From Chiloscyllium plagiosum (lineage: Eukaryota), in contig NC_057754.1 of assembly GCF_004010195.1 (NCBI RefSeq), positions 11,122,707 to 11,167,204 on the forward strand: a stretch of 44,498 nt of DNA. Reading direction: 5' to 3'. Of this stretch, positions 12,240 to 24,991 are shown piece after piece. A program made the position numbers and the translations under genes. Each line of letters opens with the position of its first letter. Within the stretch, counting starts at the first letter, position 1. Below the pieces are notes generated by a model. The model ran no database searches. It was not told the origin of the DNA and worked only from the letters and a program-made list of their open reading frames with translations.

Positions 12240-15200
12240 ATAAAGAACAATAAAATTTACAGCCCAGGAACAGGCCCTTCGGCCCTCCAAGCTTGAGCCA
12301 ATCCAAATGTACTGTCTAAACCTGTCAGTCAATTCCTAAGCATTTGTATCCCTCTGCTCCCCACCTATTCATGCATCTGTCTCGACGCATCTTAAATGAA
12401 TCTACCATGCTTGCCTCTACCACCTCTGCTGGCAACGCATTCCAGATGCCCACCACCCTCTGTGTGAAGTACTTGCCACGTGTACCTCCCCTTAAACTTT
12501 CCACCTCTCACCTTGAAAGCATGACCTCTCATTATGGAATCCTTCGCCCTGGGAAAAAGCTTGTCTCTATCCCCCCTGTCTATACCCTTCATGATTTCGT
12601 AAACCTCAGTCAGGTCCCCCCTCAATCTCCTTTTTGCTAATGAAAATAAACCTAACCTACTCAACCTCTCTTCGTAGCTAGCACCTTCCATACCAGACAA
12701 CAGCCTTGAAAACCTTCTCTGCAGCCTCTCCGAAGCGTCCACATCCTTTTGGTAATGTGGCGACCAGAACTGTACACAGTATTCCAAATGTGGCCGACCC
12801 AAAGTCCTGTACAATGTTAACATGACTTGCCAGTTCTTATGCTCAACACCCCGTCCAATGAAGGCAAGCATACTATATGCCTTCTTGACCACTCTATCCA
12901 CCTTTGCAGCAACCTTCAGGGTACAATGGACCTACACTCCCACATCTCTCTGCCCATCAACTTTTCCCAAAGTTCTTCCGTTCATTGCAAAATTTGCTCT
13001 GAAATTAGTCTTGCCTAAATGCGTCACCTCACATTTGTCTGGATTGAAATCCATCTGCCACTTTTCCACCCAACTCTCCAGTCTATCTATATTCTCCTGT
13101 ATTCTCTGACAGTCCCTTATGCTTTCTGCTATTCCACCAATCTTTGTGTGATCTGCAAACTTGCTGATCATACCAACAGTGCCCTCTTCCAGATCATTTA
13201 TGTATATTACAAACAACAGTGACCCCAACACTGACCCCTGCAGAACACCACTGGTCATCTTTCTCCATTTTGAGAAACTCCCTTCAACTACTACTCTCTA
13301 TCTCTTGTTGCTCAACCAGTTCTTTATCCACCTAGCTAGAACACCCTGCACACCATGTGACTTCACTTTCTCCATTAGTCTACCATGGGGAACCTTATCA
13401 AATGCCTTACTAAAGTCCATGTGTATGACATCAACAGCCCTTCCATCATCTATCAACTTAGTCACTTCCTCGAAGAACTCTATTAAATTGGTAAGGCAGG
13501 ATCTCCCCTGCACAAAACCATGTTGCCTATCACTGATAAGCCCATTCTTTTCTAAATATGGATAGATCCTATTCCTCAGTACCCTCTCCAGCAACTTTCC
13601 CACCACCAACATCAGGCTCACTGGTCTGTTGTTACTCAGAATATCCCTACTACCCTTCTTGTACAGGCGGACAACATGAGCAACCTTCCAGTCCTCCGGC
13701 ACCTCACCTGTATTTAAGGATGCCACAAAGATATTTGTCAAGGCCTCAGTTATTTCCTCTCTTGCCTCCCTCAGCAACCTGGGATAAATCCCATCCGGTC
13801 CTGGGGATTTGTCCACCTTAATAACCTCTAGCCTACCAAACACATCTTCCCCACTTATGCCAACGTGATCCAGACTAATCAAACTTCTATCTCTAATCTC
13901 AAGATTCATGTTCCTCTCCTCAGTGAACACTGATGCAAAGTAATCATTCAGAATCTTACCCATTCTCTCAGGTTCAACACACAGCCTTCCTTCGTTATCC
14001 TTTAGTGGACCAATCCTTTTTCTAGTTACCCGCTTGCTTCTTATATAAGAATGAGCTGGAAATGTGTTGCTGGAAAAGCGCAGCAGGTCAGGCAGCATCC
14101 AGGGAACAGGAGAATCGACGTTTCGGGATAAGCCCTTNNNNNNNNNNNNNNNNNNNNNNNNNNNNNNNNNNNNNNNNNNNNNNNNNNNNNNNNNNNNNNN
14201 NNNNNNNNNNNNNNNNNNNNNNNNNNNNNNNNNNNNNNNNNNNNNNNNNNNNNNNNNNNNNNNNNNNNNNNNNNNNNNNNNNNNNNNNNNNNNNNNNNNN
14301 NNNNNNNNNNNNNNNNNNNNNNNNNNNNNNNNNNNNNNNNNNNNNNNNNNNNNNNNNNNNNNNNNNNNNNNNNNNNNNNNNNNNNNNNNNNNNNNNNNNN
14401 NNNNNNNNNNNNNNNNNNNNNNNNNNNNNNNNNNNNNNNNNNNNNNNNNNNNNNNNNNNNNNNNNNNNNNNNNNNNNNNNNNNNNNNNNNNNNNNNNNNN
14501 NNNNNNNNNNNNNNNNNNNNNNNNNNNNNNNNNNNNNNNNNNNNNNNNNNNNNNNNNNNNNNNNNNNNNNNNNNNNNNNNNNNNNNNNNNNNNNNNNNNN
14601 NNNNNNNNNNNNNNNNNNNNNNNNNNNNNNNNNNNNNNNNNNNNNNNNNNNNNNNNNNNNNNNNNNNNNNNNNNNNNNNNNNNNGCTTTTACTTCCCTCC
14701 CTGTCCTGTCTTAAGAGTCTATATCCTGGAACATTTAGTTGCCAATCATCATGCCCTTCCTTCAACCAAGTCTCTGTGACTGCAATAACGTCATACTCCC
14801 AGGCACCAATCCAAGCCCTAAATTCATCTGCCTTACAAATTACACTCCTTACATTCAAGTAGATGCACTTCAGGTCACCAGTTATTTTGCGCTCATCCGC
14901 TCTCTGCCTAGTTTTCCCTTTTATAATGCTATCTTCATGATTCTTACAGTTTCCTCCTTGCCGCCTACATATTTTCTCTTCTGGTTCCCAGTCCCCTGCC
15001 ACATTAGTTTAAAATCTCCCCAACAGCAACAGCAAAAACTCCCCCAAGGACATTGGTTCTGGTCTGGTTCAAGTGTAGACCATCCATTTTGTAATAGTCC
15101 CACCTTCCCCAGAACCGATCCCAATGTCCAACAAATCTGAACCCCACCCTCCTACACCATCTCTCAAGCCACATGTTCATCCTGCCTATTTTTTCATTTT

Positions 15201-16280
15201 TACGCTGGTTCGTACGTGGCACTGGTAGTAATCCCGAGAACATTACCTTTGAGGTCCTCCTCTTTTTTTCTCTCCTAGCTCCCTGAATTCTTCTTTCAGG
15301 ACCTCATCTCGTTTTCTACTTATATCGTTGGTGCCTATATGCACCCAGACAACTGGCTGTTCATCCTCCCCTTTTTAGAATGCTCTGCAGCCGATCGGTG
15401 ACATCCCTGACCCGAGCACCTAGGAGGCAACATACCATCTGGGAGTCCCGCTTTCGGCCACAGAACCGCCTATCTACTCCCCTCACAATAGAATCCCCTA
15501 TGACTATGGCCCCACGAGTCTTTTTCCCGCCCTTCTGAACAGCAGTGCCCACCAACGGTGCCATGATCACAACAACTGCTGCCCTCTCCTGGTGAGTCAT
15601 CTCCCCAACAATATCCAAAACGGTATACCTGTTTTGGAGGGAGTTGACCGCAGGGACACCTACACTGCCTTCCTACTCTTTGTCTGTCTCCCTCAGCAAT
15701 TCTAACCTGTAGTGTGACCAGTTCACTAAACATGCTATATTCATGACCTCCTCAGCATCGCGCATCCTCCACAGTGATTCCATCCGCAGCTCCAGAGCCG
15801 TCATGCGGTCAAACAAAAGCTGCAGCTGGACACACTTCTTGCAAGTGTAAGAGTCAGGAACGTCAGACACGTTCCTAAGCTCCCAAATCATGCAAGAGGC
15901 ACAGGTCACAGGTCTGAGGTCCCCTGCCATTGTAAGCTCAGCTTTATATGAACTAACTAAAATCAAACAATGCACTTAAATATATTAAAACAAATGATAA
16001 GAAAGAAATAAAAGCCTTACCTTACAGAGTCTTTTTCTTCCGGTTAGAGGAGGAGGCGGGAGGGAAATTCTACATGTGTAGTACCTCGGGTTTAGCCACC
16101 AAATATAAATTAAACTCTTACCTTCCCGGCAGCCATCACTTCACCTCACCTTCTCTCTTCGCCGCTCTGTCAAAATGGAGGCCTGATTCCCGAGGTAAGT
16201 CCCTTTAAAAGCAGGAAAACTTACCCTTTCCGGCTGCCCATGCTTCACCTCACCTTCCCTCCTTGCCACTCTGTCAAAAT
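12240..16280 (-). mobile_element. Near full-length CR1 LINE, disrupted (ORF1 Zn-finger + SGNH esterase; ORF2 APE-RT)
   Basis: ORF1 pieces VTCASC..YTCKKC, IGDSIVRG, DGLHLN; APE CIYLNVRS..YDVIAVTETWL; RT KSPGPDG, DFSKAFDKVPH, QGSVLG..FADHTK, HLEYCVQFWSP. A PLE fragment and a gap lie at ~14054-14684. Confidence 0.95.
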
Positions 16281-16489
16281 GATCAAACCATGGCAAAACA
16301 AAAAAGGGAAATGATGGTTAGAACTAAATTTGTGGAAAGTGCATACTAATTGGCCTAATAAAATAACAAACCAGAGGATTGGGACCTGTCTAAAATTTCA
16401 GCAAAGGGAGACAAAGGGACTGATTAAGAGGGGAAAATAGAGTATGAGAGTACGCTTGCGGAGACTGTACAAATCAATAAGATTTTTTA

Positions 16490-16640
16490 AAATCATTCAC
16501 AGTATGTGGGCATTACTGGCTAGACAAGAATTTATTGCCATCACTAATTGTCCAGAGGGCTGTTAAGAGTCAACTGAATTGCTGTGGGGCTGGAGTCACA
16601 TTCAGGCTGGCCCAGGTAAGGATGATAGTTTATTTTCCGT
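16490..16640 (-). mobile_element. Deu-domain (SacSINE1-like) SINE fragment
   Basis: Reverse-complement similarity to 38700-38800 (cttacctgg..tgtgactccag..ttgactct..gccctctgg.caat). Confidence 0.55.
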
Positions 16641-17089
16641 AAAGGAATAGTTGTTTAATGTTCACTTCAGAGATAAGAAAATAAATGGATGCTTTTTCTT
16701 TCAATAGTGGAATTTGGGAGTTTTCTGTCACTCATATATTAAACAGGTTAAGAGGTGAGGCGAGCTTTTCTGGGTGTTTGGTTTAATTAACAGAGGGGTT
16801 CACTTCCGTGTGGTAACATGTTCCTGTTCCACATGTTCTCTATTCCTTCTACAAAGATGCATCATCTCACCATGAATGTTTCATTTCCTAGAATTCAGTA
16901 CATGATTTGACTAAAATGTAAGATGTTAATTGAAATTGGTCGGGTATATATTTCTGCTGGGTGGGCAAAGTGGGAACTCAGAAACCCTCCTTACCTGCAG
17001 TAACTGGACAAGACTCCAGTTTCTTTGCTCACTAGTTTATTTGAACATCTGAACGAAGCCCTTGGAGAATGCTTTGCCACTCAATAATA

Positions 17090-17525
17090 TTGTGGCCTCA
17101 AATCTTTGTGCCTGCAAGTCCCTGATTATCTTTCACCATCTTAGACATCAAGAATCTATCCTTCTCTGCCTTAAAAATATTTAAAGATTTTGAATCCACT
17201 ACCTTTTGAGGAAGTGAATTCCAAAGATACTGAACCCTCTGAGAAAAAAATAAATGTTTTCTCATTTCTGTTTGAAATGATCTCCCCTTTATTTTTCAGC
17301 TGTGACCCCAAGTTCTAGGTTCTCCCAAAAGCGGAAACATCTTTTCAACATCTACTTGGTCAGAATCTTTTATGTTTTAATTAAGTCTCTTTCTCTTCTA
17401 AGCCATAGAGGAAAAAGGCCAAGCCTGTCTATTCCAGGTATTATTCCATTAAACCTTCTCTGAATTCCTTCCAATGTATTAACAACCTCTCATAAGCATG
17501 GTGACCAAGACTGAACACAATACTC
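17090..17525 (-). mobile_element. Old CR1 3' fragment
   Basis: gaccaagactgaacacaatactcc (reverse complement of EYCVQSW) and CR1-type 3'UTR remnants. Confidence 0.65.
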
Positions 17526-17744
17526 CCAGATGCAACTGCATCAGTACATAAGTAGGATTGCACATATCCAAAGGTAGTATGTGAATTCCCATTTGCTTAC
17601 AGTAATACTTTTTCTGCAAGCCTTGGTCATTTACATTGATCAATTAGACTGACATGTTCTAGTCAGCCAGTTGTACAGTTCATATTCTTACACAGATAGC
17701 ATTGTTGTGGTATCACTTGAACCTTCCACTTCACTGGTTCTGCA

Positions 17745-18558
17745 AGGACCGCAATTCCCCCCCTGACGTGGTCGATGCTCCACCGCATCTCTTCCACTTC
17801 CCGCTCCTCCGCCCTTGAGCCCCGCCCCTCCAACCGCCACCAGGACAGAACCCCACTGGTCCTCACCTACCACCCCACCAATCTCCATGTACAGCGCATC
17901 ATCCGCCGTCACTACCGCCACCTCCAAACAGACCCCAGCACCAAGGATATATTTCCCTCCCCACCCCTATCAGCTTTCCGTAGAGACCACTCCCTCCGCG
18001 ACTCCCCTACCAGATCCACACCCCCCACCGACCCAACCACCACTCCCGGCACCTTCCCTTGCAACCGCAGGAGGTGCAACACTTGCGCCCACACCTCCCC
18101 CCTCACTTCTCTCCAAGGCCCCAAGGGAAACTTCCATATCCGCCACAGATTCACCTGCACCTCCACCCACATCATCTACTGCATCCGCTGCAGCCGGTGT
18201 GGCCTCCTCTATATTGGGGAGACAGGCCACCTACTTGCGGAGCGATTCANNNNNNNNNNNNNNNNNNNNNNNNNNNNNNNNNNNNNNNNNNNNNNNNNNN
18301 NNNNNNNNNNNNNNNNNNNNNNNNNNNNNNNNTTTCGGGCATAAGCCCTTCTTCAGGAATGAGGAACGTTTGTCCAGCAGGCTCTCCTCCCTACCTTTTA
18401 TCTTAGCCTGCTGGACAAACTTTCCTCATTCCTGAAGAAGGGCTTATGCCCGAAACATCGATTCTCCTGTTCCCTGGATGCTGCCTGACCTGCTGCGCTT
18501 TTCCAGCAACACATTTCCAGCTCTGATCTCCAGCATCTGCAGACCTCACTTTCTCCTG
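17745..18558 (+). mobile_element. Young Penelope-like element 3' part (GIY-YIG endonuclease) with palindromic terminal repeat
   Basis: Open frame 17775-18249: GTFPCNRRRCNTC..FTCTSTHIIYCIRCSRCGLLYIGETG (IIY..YIG motif). Inverted arms at 18333-18383 and 18405-18455. Confidence 0.92.
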
Positions 18559-18699
18559 CAGTGAATAACGACTGGCTGTAGTCTGTTCCCACAGCCTGAA
18601 TTCTCCGTTAGTTTTCAACTTCTGCCCTTTCATTAGTGATACAAGTGGGTTTCTAATGACAATCCATCAGCTTTCATTCCACTTTTTCCTGATATAAGT

Positions 18700-18854
18700 T
18701 TATTTTACAGGCACTTTCAGACAGGAATCTCATGTCAAACAATAGGCTGCCAACAACACTCGATTTAAAGGAGCTAAATATCATTGGCCTCTTGAAGATG
18801 GAAGGAAAAAGCATCATTGACAGTGAAGAGAAACCAGAAATGTGTAGTGAGTAA
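18700..18854 (+). pseudogene. 5' remnant of a C2H2 zinc-finger coding exon
   Basis: Acceptor-like ttattttacag, then ATG at 18798: MEGKSIIDSEEKPEMCSE* (degenerate HSGEKP-x-C linker). Confidence 0.5.
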
Positions 18855-19397
18855 ATGCAGCCTTGTCAGTCATCTGGCCTGAGACATAAATGTAATCACA
18901 ACAGGAGACAACAAGGGCATCAAACATGAGCATCGAGCATCTTGCAATATCATGCTCATGGAACTCTTTGAGTTAAACAAGAGTTACTCACTTCCTGATC
19001 TAATTACAGTCTTGGTACAAACATGGGCCAAACAGCTGAATTCCAGAGATAAGATTTACTATTGTCAACACTCCATTTGATAGCATATTGTATCAAAGAA
19101 TCATAGTAAAACAAGAGTCAATGGAAATCTGATTATTATTCTCCCTGTTCTATTCAAGCTTGCAGACACTGCCGCTTACAGCTCAAAACAGCACGTTAAT
19201 ACAATTTTGCATCACAACTGTTGTATGCAACATTGGTATAAAATAAACTGTATGTCAAACATTTGCTGCAAATAACAGCATGCTGAGTTCTTTCATTTCA
19301 ATGTTATCTTCAGAGCTTATCTGTCCCCGCCACCTGCGAACAGCACTTATGAGCAATACTTAGGTGACTATCTCAAGTTATACAGATAATTTCTGAA

Positions 19398-19488
19398 TCG
19401 TGAGTGTGGTGCTGGAAAAGCACAGCATATCAGGCAGCATCCGAGGAACAGGAAAATCGACTTTTCAGGCATAAGCCCTTCAGCAGGA
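19398..19488 (-). mobile_element. Mini PLE terminal-repeat insertion with degenerate hammerhead, 12-bp TSD
   Basis: TSD ataatttctgaa at 19386-19397 and 19489-19500. Confidence 0.85.
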
Positions 19489-19734
19489 ATAATTTCTGAA
19501 CCTTAAGTGAACTTAAGTTCACTTTTATGGATATGCAATTAAACTACCTGAACGACAACATACTCATCCAAGCTTATTTCCTACCATATGTTACATATGA
19601 GTATTCCTCTCCATTTCTTTTATATTCCCTTTATACATCCTCCTATTTTCCTTACCCTTTTTCACTCTGTTTGGATAGTACTGAACACAGAAGATGCTCA
19701 GGATCCTATTCTCGTCCTAACATCTCAGTTGCTT

Positions 19735-20420
19735 CATCACTGGCATTCCCTGAAGCGGGAATGTTTGTTGATGATTGCACAATGTTTAGCACCATTTATG
19801 TCTCCTCAAATGGTGAAGCAGTACACATCTAATTGCAGTGTCCCAGGTCAACATTGTCACTTATTGGGCTAAGTTTCAAAGCACACAACACAACTACCAG
19901 ACAATGACCAATTTTGACAAACGAGAACCTGACTATATCCCATTGACATTCAATGGCATTATCTTCAGTGAATTCCACATTATCATATCCTGGGAGCTAA
20001 GATTGATAAGAAACTGAACTGGATCTGCTATACGAGTACTGTGGCTACCAAACGCAGTCTGAGGGTAAAACTTTTGTGATCAACTTTTGACTCCCTGATC
20101 CTGTACATTGTCTGCAAGGCAAAAGTCAGATGGGTGCAGCTCCAATAACACTCAAGATACTTGGCACCATCCACGACAATACAGTCCAGCTAATTGGCAC
20201 CCCATTCAGTACCTTGAACATTTACTCCCTTTACAACTGAGGCACAGTGGCAGCAAGGTGCACCATCTACAAGGTGCAGTACAGTAACTCACCTAGGCTC
20301 CTTTGACAGCACCTTCCAAGCCCACAAATTGTACCATCTAGAAGAACAAGAGTAGAAAATGAATAAAAACACCACTTTTGGCAAGTTCCCCTCCAAGGCA
20401 CGTACCTTCCTGAACTGGAA
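19735..20420 (+). mobile_element. Old L2/CR1-group LINE 3' part
   Basis: GMFVDDCTMF (FADD-like RT motif) and a decayed 3' region. Confidence 0.6.
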
Positions 20421-20749
20421 TGGTGTCAGCATGATCTCATTGAACGGAGGAATTGACTTGATGGGCCAAATGGCCCATTTCTGCTCTCTATCTTGTAAAT
20501 TATGAGTTTTTTTTAAAGTTATGCTCAGTCCTCAAGCTGTTCTTTAAACTAGTGCTTGCTAAAGTTTGAGCATCTTCTTCCTCCTCTTATACTCCCACTG
20601 TCATCAAGAACAGAAGGCGTCCCAAAGCCCTTGTGACCACTTGATCTTCCTGTCCAACCACGTCAGGACCTGTAAATGTCCATTCCAAGGTCTCTTTGTC
20701 CCTTTACAGCACTCAGTATCCTCAAGTAAGAAAATAGTGCAACTCCAAT

Positions 20750-21060
20750 GGAAACAGGCACCCAGACATGTTTCATTCCTCGTTTGGATCAACAGCAGCA
20801 GTTACAGCAGAATCTAACCCCCACTGTTATATGTGAACTTACTGGTGTTTGAGTGATTCCTTCCCACACGTGAGACTGATGAACGGCCTCTCCCCAGTGT
20901 GACTGGGGTAATGAGTTTCCACCTCAGCGGGTAATTCAAGCTCTTCCCACATTTCCCAAATTTTCCTGGTTTCTCTGTGATGTGGGTGACCTTGTGTCTA
21001 TTCAGGTTGGGCAATCAATTGAATTTGTGTCCGCGTAGACACAAGTCCCAGTTTTCCCTG
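20750..21060 (-). pseudogene. Degenerate C2H2 zinc-finger remnant (left arm of the inverted duplication)
   Basis: LNRHKVTHITEKPGKFGKCGKSLNYP and a frameshifted SHTGERPFISLTCGK; homologous to 38250-38400. Confidence 0.7.
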
Positions 21061-22352
21061 TTGTGAATGTGTTTTTATTCTTCCTTATTCTCGCAGTCCC
21101 CAGGGATTACTGGTCAAATATATCACCATCTTGCTGCTGCATTGGTCCATTTCATAACTTTATTATGTTCAGATCATCCCAGAATGAGACAGAACAGGAA
21201 AAGGTCATTTGGACAATCACACTGGTGTTAGTTGCTAGTGAGAAAGGGGTTGAGTGAAAGGGAAAATTATACGCTAGTACGTGTTTACAACATTTACAGC
21301 CTGTGTCCGTTTCAGAAGAAACAGGGTTTACTACAGATTGAAGTGTTGACTGGGAGCAAGAAGCTGAAGTAGAGACGCTGTGAGCAAAACTAGCTTTGAT
21401 TGTCAAAGTAACAAATACAGCCTTGGAAATACAACAGGGGATAGTTTTGATCCATCGAAATGGGCCCAACACGCTCCCACTGCACCACTCTGCTGTCTGG
21501 GCTGACTCTACTGTCTGGGCAGATTCTGCTGCTGCCTGTTAATGATATAGCGAAAGAAACAAATATTCACCACTCCCTTGCTTTTGACAGGAGTACATGT
21601 GTCGGGAGGCTTCCCTTGCCACAGAATTCCAATGTGTGGCACCACCTAGAATGTGACAAACACTCACGTACAAAAGCAACAATACACCGTCAAGACACAC
21701 ACAATATCAGACAAACAAAAGGGCCTATCAGATGAGCAACTCACTCAGATGGACAAACTCATTATTTGTCTCAAGTTTCAGTAAAGGCTGATCCAACAAT
21801 CACATTCCTCATTCTGAACAGTTCTGAAAAACGGTCTTTGGACCCAAAACGTGAACTCTGCTTTTTCTCCAGTGATGCTGTTTCTCCAGCAATTTCCGCA
21901 TTTGATACCTTCCTCGTTGTCATTTTCCTGTGGATAGTAACATTTGTCGAGTCATGTTCAATGACATTCAAATTCATCTGTACATTATCATTTGCTAATC
22001 TCTCTTCACCATGCTGTTCTCACCCTTCTGGCTTCCAAAATCACACCCCACGATTTATGAATTTTTTTTCACTTCTCTATAGCTTTAATCCCATGAAAAT
22101 TCTCTTGGATCTGATGAAATGTTTTAAACGACACACAGGCAAACATACAAAGGAGTGAATTTAACAGGCAGGGGGAGTCTGTCACGGGTTGGAGCCAGTA
22201 ATCCACAACTTGGTTAATAATTGAGTCATTTGCCCAGGATAGACTATGATCTAACCAAAGAAACTGGTCTTGTTTTAGCAAGGTCTGTTTTGGTTAATAT
22301 TGCTCTGTGATATTTCCCCCAGCCTGATGTTCCATTCACCAGGCCTAAGAAG

Positions 22353-22376
22353 CTGCTCCAAGTGAGGCTGGAACTC
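22353..22376 (-). pseudogene. 3' remnant of an Ile(TAT)-type tRNA gene
   Basis: GAGTTCCAGCCTCACTTGGAGCA matches the tRNA-Ile(TAT) T-arm/acceptor end. The upstream flank gcaaccgcgaagattcaaccgg matches the flanks of the 34488 and 37461 copies. Confidence 0.65.
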
Positions 22377-22721
22377 CGGTTCCGGTTGAATCTTCGCGGT
22401 TGCACCACTCAGATTCTCTGATTCTGGGGCTGGGAACTGGGAATTTTGTAGATGATTGTCTGCAGCATTGGTTACATCCTTGTGTGAGGGAACTGGTGAA
22501 GTGACCAACGTTAAATTGCTATTGATAAATACGCCTCCACAGTATCCTGCACTATCCCTTGAGCCTTTAACAAACTCAGTGATGGAATCTCCACAGCCTC
22601 TGGAAACAGTGAAGTTAAAGATTCGGCCCACTCTGAGTTCCCACATCTCAGTCCAGTGTTTGGCAAGGATTCCTATTAGGTATCTGGTTCTCTTGCTAAC
22701 ATACCTTCGGCCTCTGTCCTT

Positions 22722-22952
22722 ATTAGATTAGATTCCCCACAATGTGGAAACAGGCCCTTCGGGCCAACCAGTCCACACCGACCCTCCAAAGAGTAACCCA
22801 CCCAGACCCAATTCCCTCTGCACCTAGCACTACGGACAATTTAGCATGGCCAATTCACCTGACCTGCACATTTTTGTGAGAAAAAAAAAGGCTGGAATCG
22901 AACCTGGGATACTGGCGCTCAGGCAGCAGTGCTAACCACTGAGCCACCATGC
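22722..22952 (-). mobile_element. HE1-like SINE, internally deleted
   Basis: Reverse complement ggtggctcagtggttagcactgctgcct..ggttcgattcc; tail gggcctgtttccacattgtggggaatctaatctaa. Confidence 0.85.
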
Positions 22953-22992
22953 CACCTGCATTGCTCTTTTAAAGTTCCAACTGCTGTGTGGT

Positions 22993-23064
22993 GCCCTGAC
23001 CGTGTAGTGTTCAGTACTCTGCGTTGTGGCCACAGCAATATCGGCTCGAATCTGAGTCACTGCC
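22993..23064 (+). pseudogene. tRNA-His(GTG) pseudogene
   Basis: GCCCTGACCGTGTAGTGTTCAGTACTCTGCGTTGTGGCCACAGCAATATCGGCTCGAATCTGAGTCACTGCC: colinear with the 72-nt vertebrate tRNA-His, ~12 substitutions including T8, the D-loop GG and the B box. Confidence 0.88.
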
Positions 23065-23589
23065 ACAAGCATTCTCTGCATTTTCCTCCTTATAACAACC
23101 CCCGTGAAGAAACTCGCCAAGGACTTATTCATTTTTTTACATGAAAATATTCTGCGAGATGATAGTTTTATTCCTGCAAACCCCACCTTCTCATTTATCC
23201 TCGTCAGATGCTGCAGAATTAATCCCTCCTCTCCTCAGAGATTTTTCTTCCTCTCACAGTCACTAACCCTCCTTTACGTCCCTCCTCCCACTCCACTGAG
23301 GCACTGCACAATCTAACTGACACCGTTCAGTTTGTGCTGCTATAGTCACTATTACTGGGTGAACACGCCCTAATCTCACCATCAGGACCTTCAAACCAGT
23401 CGATCTATTTAGATGCCGCGATTGTGAGATCAATCTTCATGTAACAGCTTTTACTGACATTGTCCAGGGATGATTGGAGCATCAGGCTCAAAAAAGGACA
23501 CGGGGCAGTATTGAGCAAAAGAGACTTTGTTGGAAAATACCACAGTTTCTGTGCCTTTCTGCATCATTTATTTCATTTGTTCATTCGGC

Positions 23590-24090
23590 TCTAGCTAGAA
23601 TACTGAGTGCAGTTCTGCAATTTGCATTACAGCAGGTGTGTGATGGCAATGGAAACAGTGCAGAAGAGATTTACCAGGATATTGTCTGGGCTGAGGAGTT
23701 TCAGTTATGAACAGAGATTGGACAGACTGGGGGTTGCTTTTCTTTTAGTGCAGAAGAGATTCTGAGGAGATAAGATTGAGATATACAAAATAATGAGGGG
23801 AATGCATAGGGTAGACTGAAAGAAATGTTTCCCTTTGATTGAGAGATCAATCACCAGAGTGCCATAGATTTAAGGTAAGAGAGAGAAAGGTTTGAATAGA
23901 TGTGTGGAAAACGTTTCCAGCCAGCACGTGTTGGAGAGGCAGAAACCCTGTCAACTATAAGAAGTATTCAGATATGAATTTGTGATGCCAAGGCATACAA
24001 GGCTATGGGCCAAGTGATAGAAAATGGGCTTCGGATCATTAAGGGTTGGTTTTGACGATTGTGGCCACAACAGGCGAAAGGGCCTCCTTC
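23590..24090 (+). mobile_element. Old CR1 3' fragment (also present in the right arm, ~36110-36400)
   Basis: gtgcagaagagatttaccaggatattg (VQKRFTRIL) and 3'UTR; inverted homolog in the right arm. Confidence 0.7.
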
Positions 24091-24100
24091 AGCACCTTAG

Positions 24101-24172
24101 TCCTCGATAGTGTCGTGGTTAGTATCCCTGCATATTACTTGGGAGACTGGGGTTCAATTCAAGAATGCCATA
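24101..24172 (+). pseudogene. tRNA-Asp(GTC)-derived pseudogene
   Basis: TCCTCGATAGTGTCGTGGTTAGTATCCCTGCATATTACTTGGGAGACTGGGGTTCAATTC aligns to vertebrate tRNA-Asp; anticodon loop and 3' acceptor strand are degenerate. Confidence 0.82.
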
Positions 24173-24479
24173 GTTTTGAAATTGACTACTGCATGTTATT
24201 ATTAATATCTGTCCTTCTATTCCCAATGTGACATGTCACAGGAAGGACGGTGCTGTCTGAATTCAGCGTGGGGAAGTATGCAGAGTGTCAGTGAAAGTGC
24301 AAACACATTACTGTTGCAAGCTGTCCCTTATGTCCGTGTTGGAATGAAAACCGTTTGATCAGATTTGTTCCAAATTGAAGTATTTACTGGAAGCAGGAAG
24401 CTGACAAAGATGCAGGGCAAATCGATTCAGATGTGAGTGCTGAAACATTACCCACAGCGCTAATGAGGTTGTAAAACAG

Positions 24480-24545
24480 AGTAGAGTTTTGATGCATTGC
24501 ATTTGGGTTGATGGGCCTAGCTTGCTTCCACTGGACTGAGTTACA
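24480..24545 (-). pseudogene. Initiator tRNA-Met(CAT) pseudogene
   Basis: Reverse complement cagtggaagcaagctaggcccatcaacccaaatgcaatgcatcaaaac resembles iMet CAGCGGAAGCGTGCTGGGCCCATAACCCAGAGGTCGATGGATCGAAAC. Confidence 0.7.
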
Positions 24546-24991
24546 AGGCTATAAAGCCATCAGAAAAGACAAAAGAGGTGCTTACTGGAATGGTACGGTG
24601 TATCAGTGGTTAGTGCTGTGTTAGATCTTCAGGTTAGGTGGATTGGCCATGCTAAATTGCCCTCTAGTATGCACAGATGTGTAAATTAAGTGGATTAATG
24701 CAGGGTTAAGCTCAGAAGTCACACAACACCAGGTGATAGTCCAGAAGATTTATTTGAAATTACAAGCTTTCTGAGTGTGGCCCCTTCATCCGATGAGGTC
24801 TGCAGGGATATGGAGGAGAGCTAGGTTTGGGTTGGGATGCTGTAGACTCGATTGGCGGAGTTGTTCTTTCACCGCGTAGGGATTCAAAGATTCTATAGGA
24901 GAGGACAATGACGGAGTTTACTGGCATATAAAGAGACTAGAGGACGCTGACAGACTTTACTGCGATGGTATTTTATTCACTTAGGGATGTT

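Noticed and set aside
21152..21760. Unique sequence with 91-106 aa ORFs in the left arm only
   Set aside because: No motif, splice structure or counterpart recognised.
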